DNA of 64,000 bases, from positions 640,497 through 704,496 of the forward strand of contig CAVQVO010000002.1 in NCBI GenBank assembly GCA_963717115.1. The letters are read 5' to 3'. Of this stretch, positions 37,739 through 47,920 are shown piece after piece (the stretch's first letter is position 1; each line of letters starts with the position of its first letter). This DNA comes from an uncultured Acidimicrobiales bacterium. GTDB taxonomy: Bacteria > Actinomycetota > Acidimicrobiia > Acidimicrobiales > SZUA-35. The position numbers were made by a program, and so were the translations under genes. Under the pieces are notes generated by a model, which worked only from the letters and a program-made list of their open reading frames with translations, was not told the origin of the DNA and made no database searches.

Positions 37739-39339
37739 ATGCCGCCCACCCACGATCCCAATCAGACGATGGCCATCGGCGCCCCGTCGGCCGTGACCGG
37801 CGATGGCGACCTCGACGACCGGCTCCTCTCGACCGAGGTCTGGACCGACGACATGGTCGCCCGGCAGGGCATACCCGTCGTCGACACACCGATCGCCACC
37901 ATCGGTGGGGGTCTCGGATCGTTCGCCTTCGTCGACACGCTCCGGATCGCCGGCGTTCCCGCCAACGCGATCAGCGTGCTGGCCGACGGTGACCTCCCCG
38001 AACGGACCTACCGTTACCTGGCGACGAACTCGCAGATCCCCGACGTCGAGCGACTTCGGTCCGACGCCGGTTCGACGATCGACAACATCTGGGGATTCCC
38101 GAGCTATGCGTTCCGGGAGGCGGCTTCCGCCCGTGGCCTCGGCCCGCGGCTGGCGCCGCTCTGGTCGGTGTTCAGCGAACCGTTCGGGGCCGACTACTAC
38201 ACGCCCCGAGCCGGCGACGTCTACCGGTCCGTCACCCGCGAGTCCGAGCGGATCGGGTGGTCCTCGATGCGACGACGCGGTGCCGTCCGGGTGGTCCGTC
38301 GCCGCAGTGGCGGCGGCTACTTCTCGATCCTGACGCCGCCCCCTGCCGAGGGCGGACCCAAACGCGTCGCCTACCGCAGCCGCGTCGCCCACCTCGCCGT
38401 CGGGTATCCGGGAGTGAAGTTCCTACCGGATCTCCAGGCGTATCGAGAACGACACCGCGAACTTCAGTCGCGTGGTCAACGCCTACGAACCCCACGAACA
38501 CGTCTACCAGGAACTGCGGCGTCGACCCAGTGTCGTGATGGTTCGCGGCAGCGGCATCGTGGCCTCCCGGATCCTGCAGCGTCTCCTCGACGATCGGGAA
38601 TCCAACGGTGCCCAGACCACGGTTCTCCACCTGTTCCGCAGCTACGTGGCCGGCCCGCAGGGCGACTCGATCACCTCCCGCCGTCCCGGCGGCCAACGGG
38701 TGGGCCTACCAGGCCTTCAACTTTCCGAAAGCGGCATGGGGCGGCCAACTCAAGGAGCGACTCGAAGGTCTCGACGGCCCGGGCCGCGTGGCCCTGCTGA
38801 AGACCATGGGTGGAACCAACACACCGCCCCGACGCTCGTGGCGCGAGCAGCTCGAGCGGGGACGACGAGGCGGCTGGTACCAGCAGTACGTGGGCGCCGT
38901 CACCTCCGTCGAACCGGGCCCGGACCAGAGCGTGCTCACCACGATCGACGGGCCGGATGGCCGACGCTACGACCTCGCGGCGAACTTCGTCATCGACGCC
39001 ACCGGGCTCGAGTCCGATATCGGCGAGCACCGGCTGTTGGCCGATCTGTTGCAGCACGGCGGTGCCCAGCGGTCCGACTTCGGACGGCTCGACGTCGGTC
39101 CGACGTTCGAGGTGCTCGGCACCCGGAGCGATCCGGGCCGGTTGTACGCCAGCGGTTCCATCACCCTCGGCGGCCACTACGCCGGTGTGGACTCCTTCCT
39201 CGGTCTGCAGTACGCCGCCCTGCGAATCGCCGACGACCTGGCCGACCTCGGGACGATCCCGAGAATCGGTGTCGGTCGATCGATTTCGGAATGGTGGCGC
39301 TGGTACCGGAACGTGCCGCCCCGGGGAGCGAGCCGATGA
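37739..39339 (+). pseudogene. two-dinucleotide-binding-domain flavoprotein (FAD/NAD(P)H oxidoreductase or monooxygenase-like), family unknown; two +1 frame disruptions
   Basis: The gene is spread over three frames. These are 37739 to about 38450 (IATIGGGLGSFAFVD, a GxGxxG-type motif), about 38450 to about 38680 (VVMVRGSGIVASRILQRLL, a second Rossmann motif) and about 38680 to 39339 (NGWAYQAFNFPKAAWGGQL...FVIDATGLESD). The span is 1601 nt, which is 3n+2. It starts 2 nt after the STPK-1 stop. Confidence 0.65.
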
Positions 39340-39761
39340 CCCCGACGCTCTTGGGTCGGCTGCAGACCCGGTTCTTCTTGCTCGTCACCGTCGGGCTGGC
39401 CTGGACCCTGCTCGTCACACCCCTCCTCCCTCGCGACGGTGCCGGACTCAGCGAGTCGTTCGGCCTGACCCTGACCGCGTTGGCCACCGTCACCGTGATC
39501 GGTCTGGTCGGGTGGGAGCCGATCTACCACCTGCTCCAACAGATCCGGTGGGAGAAGGATTGGCCGACGGGGCTCGGCCTGGTCACCGGCCTGCCCGAGG
39601 GACTCGTGACCTATCTCGTCCTCGCCGCCGAGCGTGACGTGCCCGTTGCTGCGTTCGTCATCCATTTCTCGACGACCTGGCTCGTCGTGTGGCTCGCCGT
39701 CCACGGTCCTCTCCGGATCGTGCTGCTTCGCTGGAGGTACCGCGGTGGCCGAATCCTCTGA
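39336..39761 (+). CDS. small integral membrane protein (about 4 TM), unknown function
   Basis: This is a 141-aa in-frame segment of ORF 38472..39761 starting at MTPTLLGRLQTRFFLLVTVGLAW. Its ATG overlaps the previous stop (ATGA). Several hydrophobic spans are present. Confidence 0.6.
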   Translation: MTPTLLGRLQTRFFLLVTVGLAWTLLVTPLLPRDGAGLSESFGLTLTALATVTVIGLVGWEPIYHLLQQIRWEKDWPTGLGLVTGLPEGLVTYLVLAAERDVPVAAFVIHFSTTWLVVWLAVHGPLRIVLLRWRYRGGRIL

Positions 39762-40991
39762 GCGGCCCGTCGGCTTCGGGGCGACGATCGAGGAACTCAT
39801 CGCCGAGAGCCGATCGGCGAGGTCCGACGTCGCCCGCAACCGGTTTCGTCGGAGTCTGGCCGTCTCGCTCGCCGTCACCGTCACCTGGCTCCTCTCCGTC
39901 ACGGCCACCGGACAGTGGAACCGGATCCTCGACCACTGGGTCGCGGCGGTGACCATGGTCTTCGGGAGCCTCGTCGCCGGAGCCACACCCCAGGGTGGCG
40001 GCGCCGTGGCCTTCCCGGTCTTCACGAAGGGGCTCGACGTTCCAACCGAGGTGGCGCGGCAGCTTCTCGCTCTGTATCCAGACCGTGGGCATGGGATGCG
40101 CATCGGCGTCGATCGTCATCAACCGACGGATCGTCGAATGGCGTGCGGTCGCCGTGGGCGGGGGCATCGCCAGTCTGACGTTCGTCGTTGCGCTCCTCAC
40201 GCTCGGGCGATCCCGATCGACCGTTCTGGCCGATCGATCTCCCCGGTCCGTACGTGAAGGTCACCTTCACGCTGATCCTGTGTGCCATGGCCTGGGTCGT
40301 GTACCTCGGTCAGCGGATTCCGATCCGGCCGGTGAGCGACGAGCTCCCCCCGATGAACCGACGGCTGTGGGCTGCGCTCGTCGTCGCCGGTGCCGTCGGC
40401 GGGGTTTCGGCGGCGCTGGTCGGATCGGGCGTCGACGTCATGGTCTACCTCTTCGTCGTGGTGCTGTTCGGGGTTCGGGCCGGCGTCGGTGTGCCGACGA
40501 GCGTGCTGGCCATGGCCATGGTCTCGGCCGTCGGTTTCGTGGTACTCGGCCTGGTCGACGGCCAGTTCCTCATCGACCGGGCCGCCGACGGATCGGTGGT
40601 CGCGGTTGGCGGGCACGCGATCGTTCCCCCCGGCTCGGCGCGCCAGGTCGACCTGTTCGGCATGTGGTTGGCAGCCGCCCCGATCGTCGCCTGGGGCGCC
40701 CCGATCGGATCGCTCCTCGCTGCGCGGCTGTCCCCACGGGCGCTGATCCGGCTCGTGATCGGCCTGGCGACCGCCGAGGTCCTGAGCACCATCGTCTTCC
40801 TCGACGAGCTGCGAACCGACCCCCGCCTCGCCGCGTTCGCCGGTGTCGGGCTCGTCGTCGGCGTCGGAGGTCTCACCTGGGTCGCCCATCACCGCTTGCG
40901 CCTGTTCGGACTGCCGAGCCTGCCACGAGGGGCCCTGCTCACCAGGGCCAGTGTCGAGGTCTCGGCCGACTACGGAGACGACATCCGATGA
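39745..40991 (+). pseudogene. TauE/SafE (DUF81) family anion exporter-like membrane protein; two +1 frame disruptions
   Basis: The GTG at 39745 lies 8 nt after GGAGG. The first frame reads GATPQGGGAVAFPVFTKGLDVPTEVAR. The second frame, from about 40061, reads SFSLCIQTVGMGCASASIV. The third frame, from about 40206, reads DPDRPFWPIDLPGPYVKVTFTLILCAM...GSGVDVMVYLFVVVLFG. The span is 1247 nt, which is 3n+2. Confidence 0.72.
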
Positions 40992-41788
40992 CCGGTATCG
41001 CCGACTACGAATTCCTCGAACGATTGGGCGAGGGCAACCACGGCGAGTTCTGGCTCGCCGTTCCGCCACCCCGGCTCGGGCTCGACCCCGGGCGAAGAGT
41101 GGCGGTCAAGACCCTGGCGCAGCGGGCATCCGAGGCCGACTTCGGCCGTATGGCCAACGAACTGCGCATCTACGCAGGGGTCGATTCACCGGCGCTGACC
41201 CCCATCATCGACGCCGGTCATCAGAACGGTCGGCTCTTCTACGCCATGCCCCACTACCCCGATGGATCGCTGGCGTCGCCGGCCCGTCCGCTCGATCGGC
41301 GCGAGATCCGCCAAGCCGTCGCCCGTGCCGCCCGTGCCGCGCACGCCCTGCACGAGGCCGGTGTGGCGCACCGAGACATCAAGCCCTCGAACATCCTGCT
41401 CGATCGTGGAGTCGGCTACCTGTCCGACCTCGGGCTCGCCCAGATCATCCACCCCGGACAGACCGTCACCGGAATCGGACCGGTCGGCACCATCGAGTTC
41501 CTCTCCCCCGAGGTGGTCCGGGGGGAGCGGGCCTCACGGGCTTCGGACGTCTGGGCATTGGGTGTGACCCTGCATCATCAGCTCAGTGCCCGCCCGCTCT
41601 ACCCGACCCTCGAACGCCGCTCGTTGCTCGATGCGCTCCGCCAGGTCCTCGACACCATGCCCGTCGTCGATCCCGACCTCGCCGACGGCGAACGGGCGGT
41701 GATCGAACGGTGCCTCATGGCCGAACCGGCCCACCGCTACGGGCGAGCCGACGAACTGGCCGCCGCGATCGAAGGACTGGACCCATGA
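40988..41788 (+). CDS. soluble Ser/Thr protein kinase domain protein, STPK-2 (DLG variant of DFG)
   Basis: The start MTGIADYEFLERLGEGNHGEFW overlaps the previous stop (ATGA). The motifs present are VAVKTL, HRDIKPSNILL, SDLGLA and LSPE. There is no TM segment. Confidence 0.88.
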   Translation: MTGIADYEFLERLGEGNHGEFWLAVPPPRLGLDPGRRVAVKTLAQRASEADFGRMANELRIYAGVDSPALTPIIDAGHQNGRLFYAMPHYPDGSLASPARPLDRREIRQAVARAARAAHALHEAGVAHRDIKPSNILLDRGVGYLSDLGLAQIIHPGQTVTGIGPVGTIEFLSPEVVRGERASRASDVWALGVTLHHQLSARPLYPTLERRSLLDALRQVLDTMPVVDPDLADGERAVIERCLMAEPAHRYGRADELAAAIEGLDP

Positions 41789-42898
41789 ACGATCCCCGTC
41801 GGGTCATCGTCGTCCCCGCCGAGTCCGACGGGCCGGGTGGCCTCGTCGTGCGGTGGCGCAGCGGCACGGTCGTGATCGGTGGAACGCCGACCGAGCGCAA
41901 TGCCACCTTCGCCCGGTTGTTCGGATCCGAACCGTTCGACGAGGCCTCGACCCAGCCGCCCACGCATCACGAGCCGCCGGCCGAAGCCCTGGTCGAACGG
42001 ATCGACCAGCTCGGTGTCGCCGGCGTCGATCTCGCCGCCGGGATCGAGACCCCGGCCGGGCTCCGGCTCCTGCGGTCCGGCGCCGGCCGAATCACCGGCC
42101 TCGACCCCGCCCGACCCGACACCGCAGGCGCGGGAGGCGTCGAACCCGAGGCGACCGTCTGGCTCGGGATCGGACCGGCGCCGGCTCGGGTCGACGGGCG
42201 CCTGGCCCCCGATTCCCCAGAACGCTGGCATGCACTCGAGCTGGGCATCGTTCCCGGACGCGGAGTCCTGCTCGCCGCCGTGGCCCCGGCGCAACCGGCC
42301 CCGGTGCAACCCGCCGACGGATTCGACGTCGTCGATCTCACCGGCGGGCAAGGTCCCAGGGCGTCCCGCTCGCCGCTGCCGGTCCAGGAGTCGCCCGCGG
42401 GAGGCGCCGGACCTCGAATCGGCTCGACCGCCGACCTCGTCCACGGGATCGAGTGCCAGCGCCGACACTTCAACAATCCCCACGCGGCCTACTGCCAGCA
42501 CTGCGGGATCTCGATGGTGCAGCTCACCCATCATCTTGTCGAGCGACCCCGGCCGACGATGGGGTTCCTCGTGTTCGACCGCGGGATGACCTACGCGCTC
42601 GACCGCCGCTACCTGATCGGCCGCGAGCCGACCCCAGAGCCGGCTTCCCCGTTCGAGCCGCTGGCCGTCGACGACGCCGATCACACGGTGTCGCGGCGAA
42701 CACGCCGAACTGGACTTCGACGGTTGGGACGTGACGCTCACCGACCTCGGCTCGACCAACGGAACGTTCCGCTGGGATACGGACGATCAGCGCTGGGACC
42801 GCGTGCTCCCGAACCAGACCGTGGTCCTGCAGCCCGGAACGCCCGTCGCGCTCGGTCGCGTCACCTTCGTCTTCGAGACCGTCGCCCGTTCGACCTGA
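41785..42898 (+). pseudogene. zinc-ribbon plus FHA domain protein with an uncharacterised N-terminal region; one +1 frame disruption
   Basis: The ATG overlaps the STPK-2 stop (ATGA). A CxxxH...CxxC zinc-ribbon-like segment is present (IECQRRHFNNPHAAYCQHCG). The FHA core is split at about 42699. One frame reads YLIGREP...DHTVSRR and the next reads HAELDFDGWDVTLTDLGSTNGTF...VALGRVTFVFE. The span is 1114 nt, which is 3n+1. Confidence 0.8.
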
Positions 42899-42985
42899 CG
42901 GCGAACGCCCGGCGCCACGGTCACGGCGTTGCTCGCGCACACCGGCGAGTCTTGCTAGCGTCGGAGGTCCAGGAGGCAAACATCG

Positions 42986-43459
42986 ATGGCGATCGGTCGC
43001 CCCACATCGGACCGGAGGGGTGACGACGCCTCCTTCGTCATGACCGGCGACGCGCCGCGACTCCGGCGATCCCCCGTCGGGCCCCGCTGGGAGTGGATGG
43101 TGGGGCCGCTCGTCGGCATCGTGGTCGTCGCGGTGACGGTCATCGGCATCACCCGGGCCGGTTCCGGCGGGTCGGCCGACGTTCCGAGTATCGCCATCGA
43201 CTGTCCGACGTCGGTCGCCATCGACGAACGGCTGACCTGCACCATCGCCACCGACAACGTCGTGTCCGGGAGCTGGGATCTGCCGGGATTCCTCGCCGGG
43301 CCGCTCCAGCTCGACACCGTCAACGACGACAACCCGATCTACGTCGAGCCGACCAATCCCGATGTGGCCGGCCAGACCTTCACGATCACCGCGACCGCCG
43401 TCACCGACGACGGTCGATCGGTGACCGCACGACATTCCTTCGAGGTCCGAGCCGACTGA
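42986..43459 (+). CDS. single-pass membrane protein with a small beta-rich ectodomain, unknown function
   Basis: This is a 157-aa ORF with an AGGAGG RBS. The TM helix is WMVGPLVGIVVVAVTVIGI. It is the last gene of the kinase cluster. Confidence 0.55.
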   Translation: MAIGRPTSDRRGDDASFVMTGDAPRLRRSPVGPRWEWMVGPLVGIVVVAVTVIGITRAGSGGSADVPSIAIDCPTSVAIDERLTCTIATDNVVSGSWDLPGFLAGPLQLDTVNDDNPIYVEPTNPDVAGQTFTITATAVTDDGRSVTARHSFEVRAD

Positions 43460-43522
43460 TGACGAGTTCGACGAAACGAGACCTGGGCGCGTTCGACGAC
43501 CCGGGGTCAGGGGTCGTGCGTC

Positions 43523-45643
43523 TCAGAGCCGGGCGACGATGATGGCAACGTCGTCGAGGTGGCCGGCGACGTCGGCGAAGTCGGCGAGGAGCCGATCGGC
43601 GATCGTCGCGACCGGTTCGGTACGAATCGCACCGAAGAACTGCGCCAGGCGATCGATGTCGACGTCGAGGGCGTCGACGCGGGACTCGACCAACCCGTCG
43701 GTGAACAACAGCAGCGTCGAGCCCGGTTCGTAGGGCTCGGATCGCACGGCCGTCGCCGGGCCGGCGACGCCGAGCCAGGGGCGCAGACTCCCTCGGAGCG
43801 AGACGACCTCGCCTCGAGCGGAGGCGATGAGCGGTGGCGGATGGCCGGCCAGGACCGTGGTGAGGGTCCGACGGCCGACGTCGACGACGGTGACGGCCAC
43901 GGTGGCGAGCGCCTTGGACTCGTGGTTCGACAGCAGTCGCTCGGCCTGCTCGTAGAGGAGCGCCGGATCGGTGTCGAGTTGGACCAACGCCGAGATCACG
44001 GTTCGCACGCGGGCCATCCGGGCGGCGGCCTCGGGGTCGTGACCGACCACGTCGCCGACCACGAAGGCCGTCCGCTCGTCGTCGATCCGCACCACGTCGT
44101 ACCAGTCACCGCCGAAACCGAGCGCCGTGGCGGCCGGCTCGTACCGTACGGCGATGTCGACGCCCGGGATGGTCGGGGCCGGGCTCAACAGCGTTCGTTG
44201 CAGGGCATGGACCAGGGTCGACCGATCGGCGGTGATCCGCGCCCGTTCGATGGCCTGACCGACGATCCGACCGAGGGTGAGCAACTGGAACATCGGGAAG
44301 CCGGCCGAGGTCAGCGGTCGGTCCCAACCGACCACCATCACGCCGACCACCTCGCCGTGCGCCGTCCACAGGGGAATCGCCGCCGAGGCGACGACCCCGA
44401 CGGCATCGGCCTGGGCCACCGAGTCGGGATAGTCGCGAGCCCGTTGCGCCCGGTCGGCCACCAACACCGGCGTTCCGGTCCGAAAGGCCACCGTGTAGGG
44501 CGCCTCGGTCCCCGACTCGAGATTCGACTCGAGCAACTCACGGGCCTGGCGGTTGCCCCCGAGGAGGCTGGCTCGCTGGGTCGGCTCGTCGTAGAGGCCG
44601 GCGATCGCCACGGTGGCCTCGAGATAGTCGGGGCCGCCGGTGGCGATCACCCGGGCGACGTCGTCGACGGTCTCGGCCGATCCGAGCTGGGCGGCGAGAT
44701 CGGCGAGCACCTCGGACCGCCGGCGCGACCGTGCCCGTTCGGTGATGTCGGCGACGATCATGCCGACCCGGGTCGGGAGTCCGACGAGGTCGATCGGGAA
44801 GTAGGTGGCCGACCAGGTCTTGTCGATGCCGGGCTCGGCCCCGGTCCGACCGGCGATCTCGACCCCGACGACCGGCTCACCGTGATCGAGGACCCGGCGG
44901 ACCAGGGGCTCGATGTCGCTGGCCAGATCCGGGATCACCTGGTCGATCGTCCGGCCGTGATGGTCGGTGACCGGGACGCCGTTGATGTCGGCCATCGCCT
45001 GGTTGACCATCTCGAATCGCAGCGTGTCGTCGACGAGGGCGAAGCCCAGCGGGGCCTCGGCGAGCACGGCCTGGAGCAGGGCCTCGGACCGAGTGGCCGC
45101 AGCCGCCGTCTGGCGGGCCCGGATCTCGTCGGCGGCGATGTCGGCGAGTTCATGGAGGATCTGGGCGTCCGAGGATGACCAGCGCCGGGGGACCGTGTCG
45201 ACCACACAGACCGTTCCGAGCACCAGCCCGCTCTCGGACCGCAGCGGCACACCGGCCCAGGCCCGAACCCCCATCGACTCGATCGACGGGTTGGAGCTGG
45301 TCCGTTCGTCCTGCGTGGCGTCGTCGACCAGGAACGCCTCGTCGGTGCCGATCACGTACTGGCAGAACGACTCACCGACCGGGTTCTGACGCACACGCCC
45401 GGCGCCGGGCTCGAGGCCGACGGAAGCCTTCCAGAACGAGCGCCGGTCGTCGACGACGGTGATGAACCCGAAGGGTGTGGACAGGAGTCGAGACGCCAAC
45501 GAGGCGATGCGATCGAAACCGGTCTCGGGAACGGTGTCGAGCAGGCCCGACAGGGTGACGGCCTCGAGTCGCCGGGCGTCGTCGACCCGGCTCGCGACCA
45601 GCTCGGCGAAGGTACGTCCCAGCTCGGTCGAGGCGATGTCCAC
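43523..45643 (-). CDS. GAF-PAS-GAF sensor fused to a PP2C/SpoIIE-type Ser/Thr phosphatase
   Basis: This is a 706-aa intact ORF. The N-terminal GAF region includes ESFCQYV...AWAGVPL, followed by a PAS-like middle. The C-terminal PP2C region reads GGDWYDV...VVGDVVGHD...LLLFTDGLVE. Confidence 0.9.
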   Translation of the reverse strand: MDIASTELGRTFAELVASRVDDARRLEAVTLSGLLDTVPETGFDRIASLASRLLSTPFGFITVVDDRRSFWKASVGLEPGAGRVRQNPVGESFCQYVIGTDEAFLVDDATQDERTSSNPSIESMGVRAWAGVPLRSESGLVLGTVCVVDTVPRRWSSSDAQILHELADIAADEIRARQTAAAATRSEALLQAVLAEAPLGFALVDDTLRFEMVNQAMADINGVPVTDHHGRTIDQVIPDLASDIEPLVRRVLDHGEPVVGVEIAGRTGAEPGIDKTWSATYFPIDLVGLPTRVGMIVADITERARSRRRSEVLADLAAQLGSAETVDDVARVIATGGPDYLEATVAIAGLYDEPTQRASLLGGNRQARELLESNLESGTEAPYTVAFRTGTPVLVADRAQRARDYPDSVAQADAVGVVASAAIPLWTAHGEVVGVMVVGWDRPLTSAGFPMFQLLTLGRIVGQAIERARITADRSTLVHALQRTLLSPAPTIPGVDIAVRYEPAATALGFGGDWYDVVRIDDERTAFVVGDVVGHDPEAAARMARVRTVISALVQLDTDPALLYEQAERLLSNHESKALATVAVTVVDVGRRTLTTVLAGHPPPLIASARGEVVSLRGSLRPWLGVAGPATAVRSEPYEPGSTLLLFTDGLVESRVDALDVDIDRLAQFFGAIRTEPVATIADRLLADFADVAGHLDDVAIIVARL

Positions 45644-45795
45644 CGCCGCACCCTAGGCGAGAACGACTCCGGCACGCGACTGCGTTCCACCGCCGGTCGC
45701 CGCCGGAACCGATCGAGGCCAGGGGCGCCCCGGCGGGCGGCGATCAGGACTTCCTCCTCTTCGTCCCGAAGAGCCGAATGGGTTAGCGTCGCGTC

Positions 45796-47643
45796 ATGAA
45801 CAGTCCTTCCAACCTGCAACACGAAGAACTCCGATCCTGGGTCGCCGAGATGGTCGAACTCTGCCAGCCCGACGACGTCCACTGGTGCGACGGCAGCGAC
45901 GAGGAGTACCAGCGCCTCACCGAAGAGCTGGTCGAGGCCGGCACCTTCATCAAGCTCGACGAGGCGCTCCGACCCGGCAGCTTCCTCGCCCGTTCCGACC
46001 CCAGCGACGTCGCCCGGGTCGAGGACCGCACGTTCATCTGCAGCCGCACGGCCCAGGGGGCCGGACCGACGAACAACTGGATGGACCCCGCCGAGATGAA
46101 GGAGATCCTGCAAGGTCTCTTCGCCGGGTCGATGAAGGGTCGCACGATGTACGTGATCCCCTTCAGCATGGGTCCGCTCGGTTCGCCGATCGCGCAGATC
46201 GGCGTCGAGATCACCGACTCGGCCTACGTCGCGGTGAACATGAAACTGATGACCCGGATGGGCTCGAAGGCGCTCGACGTCCTCGGCACCGATGGGGAGT
46301 TCGTGCCGTGCATGCACACCGTCGGAGCCCCCCTGGCTCCCGGCGACACCGACGTGCCCTGGCCGTGCAACCCCGACGTCAAGTACATCGTCCACTTCCC
46401 CGAGGAACGCTCGATCTGGTCCTACGGCAGCGGCTACGGCGGCAACGCCCTCCTCGGCAAGAAGTGCCTGGCTCTGCGGATCGCGTCGACCATGGGCCGA
46501 GACGACGGTTGGCTGGCCGAGCACATGCTGATCATGGGCGTCACCGAACCGAGCGGGCAGAAGACCTTCGTGGCCGCCGCGTTCCCGAGCGCCTGCGGGA
46601 AGACCAACTTCGCCATGCTCGAGCCCCCCGAGGCCTTCGCCGCCGAAGGCTGGAAGATCGAGACCGTCGGCGACGACATCGCCTGGATCAAGCCCGGGGC
46701 CGACGGCAAGCTGTACGCGATCAATCCCGAGGCCGGCTACTTCGGGGTCGCCCCGGGAACCTCGCGAGCGACCAATCCGAGCGCCATGGTCACCGTGGAG
46801 TCGAACTCGATCTTCACCAACGTGGCGTTGACCGATGACGGCGATGTGTGGTGGGAGGGCATGGACGGCGACCCGCCGGCCCACGCCATCGACTGGCAGG
46901 GCAACGACTGGACGCCCGAGTCGGGCACCAAGGCCGCACACCCGAACTCCCGGTTCACGGCGCCCGCCGCCCAGAATCCGGTGGTCGACCCGGCCTGGGA
47001 CGACCCCAAGGGCGTCCCGATCTCGGCGTTCATCTTCGGCGGTCGTCGATCCGACACCCTGCCGCTGGTGCATCAGTCGTTCAACTGGGCCCACGGCGTC
47101 TATCTGGCCGCCACCATGGGATCCGAGACCACCGCCGCCGCCTTCGGCCAGCAGGGCGTGGTGCGACGAGACCCCTTCGCCATGCTGCCCTTCGCCGGCT
47201 ACCACATGGGCGACTACTTCAACCACTGGCTGTCGTTCGGTCGGAAGATCCACAACCCGCCCCGCATCTTCGGGGTGAACTGGTTCCGCCGCAACGCCGA
47301 CGGCGACTTCGCCTGGCCCGGGTTCGGCGAGAACATGCGGGTGCTGCAGTGGATCGTCGAACGGTCGCAAGGCAGGGCCTACGCCGTCGAGAGCCCGATC
47401 GGCTGGATGCCGCGCCACCAGGACCTGAACTGGAAGGGGCTCGAGGACTTCTCCGAAGCCGACTTCCGCCAGGCGATGTCACTCGACCGTGAGGACTGGG
47501 ACAGGGAGATCCTGGCTCACGACGAGCTGTTCATCCGGCTCAACGACCGGATTCCCAAAGAGATGCTCGCCATCCGCGAGCTCACCCTGTCGGCACTGTG
47601 GCGTTCGCCCGAGCACTGGGAGATGAATCCCGACCCGACCTGA
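45796..47643 (+). CDS. pckG: phosphoenolpyruvate carboxykinase (GTP)
   Basis: This is a 615-aa ORF with the motifs [20 protein letters not shown] and NWF. It is unmistakably of the GTP-PEPCK type. Confidence 0.97.
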   Translation: MNSPSNLQHEELRSWVAEMVELCQPDDVHWCDGSDEEYQRLTEELVEAGTFIKLDEALRPGSFLARSDPSDVARVEDRTFICSRTAQGAGPTNNWMDPAEMKEILQGLFAGSMKGRTMYVIPFSMGPLGSPIAQIGVEITDSAYVAVNMKLMTRMGSKALDVLGTDGEFVPCMHTVGAPLAPGDTDVPWPCNPDVKYIVHFPEERSIWSYGSGYGGNALLGKKCLALRIASTMGRDDGWLAEHMLIMGVTEPSGQKTFVAAAFPSACGKTNFAMLEPPEAFAAEGWKIETVGDDIAWIKPGADGKLYAINPEAGYFGVAPGTSRATNPSAMVTVESNSIFTNVALTDDGDVWWEGMDGDPPAHAIDWQGNDWTPESGTKAAHPNSRFTAPAAQNPVVDPAWDDPKGVPISAFIFGGRRSDTLPLVHQSFNWAHGVYLAATMGSETTAAAFGQQGVVRRDPFAMLPFAGYHMGDYFNHWLSFGRKIHNPPRIFGVNWFRRNADGDFAWPGFGENMRVLQWIVERSQGRAYAVESPIGWMPRHQDLNWKGLEDFSEADFRQAMSLDREDWDREILAHDELFIRLNDRIPKEMLAIRELTLSALWRSPEHWEMNPDPT

Positions 47644-47711
47644 TCGGGGCCGCGGCGATTTCGCCGAGTCGGTCGTCGCTCGATAAGGTCGCCGGTCACC
47701 AAGACCGACAC

Positions 47712-47848
47712 AATCGAAGAACCTGCGGGGTTGGGTGGAAGTCCCGACCGGCGGTGAGAGCCCGCGAGCCCTTCGCCTTTTCGGTGATCGGCCGACCCGG
47801 TGGAATTCCGGGGCCGACGGTGAGAGTCCGGATGGGAGCAGGATGATG
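47712..47848 (+). ncRNA. FMN riboswitch (RFN element) controlling the rib operon
   Basis: The conserved RFN core reads GCGGGGTTGGGTGGAAGTCCCGACCGGCGGTGAGAGCCCGCGAGCC ... GGTGGAATTCCGGGGCCGACGGTGAGAGTCCGGATGGGAGCAGG. P1 pairs CCTGC (47722) with GCAGG (47838). It lies immediately upstream of ribD. Confidence 0.9.
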
Positions 47849-47856
47849 TGACGATG

Positions 47857-47882
47857 CCCGTCGCGCCCCCTGGCGCGACGGG
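47857..47882 (+). terminator. riboswitch expression-platform hairpin (11-bp perfect GC stem, 4-nt loop)
   Basis: CCCGTCGCGCC-ccct-GGCGCGACGGG is followed by GGTCGTGTCGTCGTCGTCC, a weak T-tract. The ribD RBS GGAG at 47911 lies outside the hairpin. Confidence 0.5.
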
Positions 47883-47920
47883 GGTCGTGTCGTCGTCGTC
47901 CCCGCACAGCCGGAGCGACC

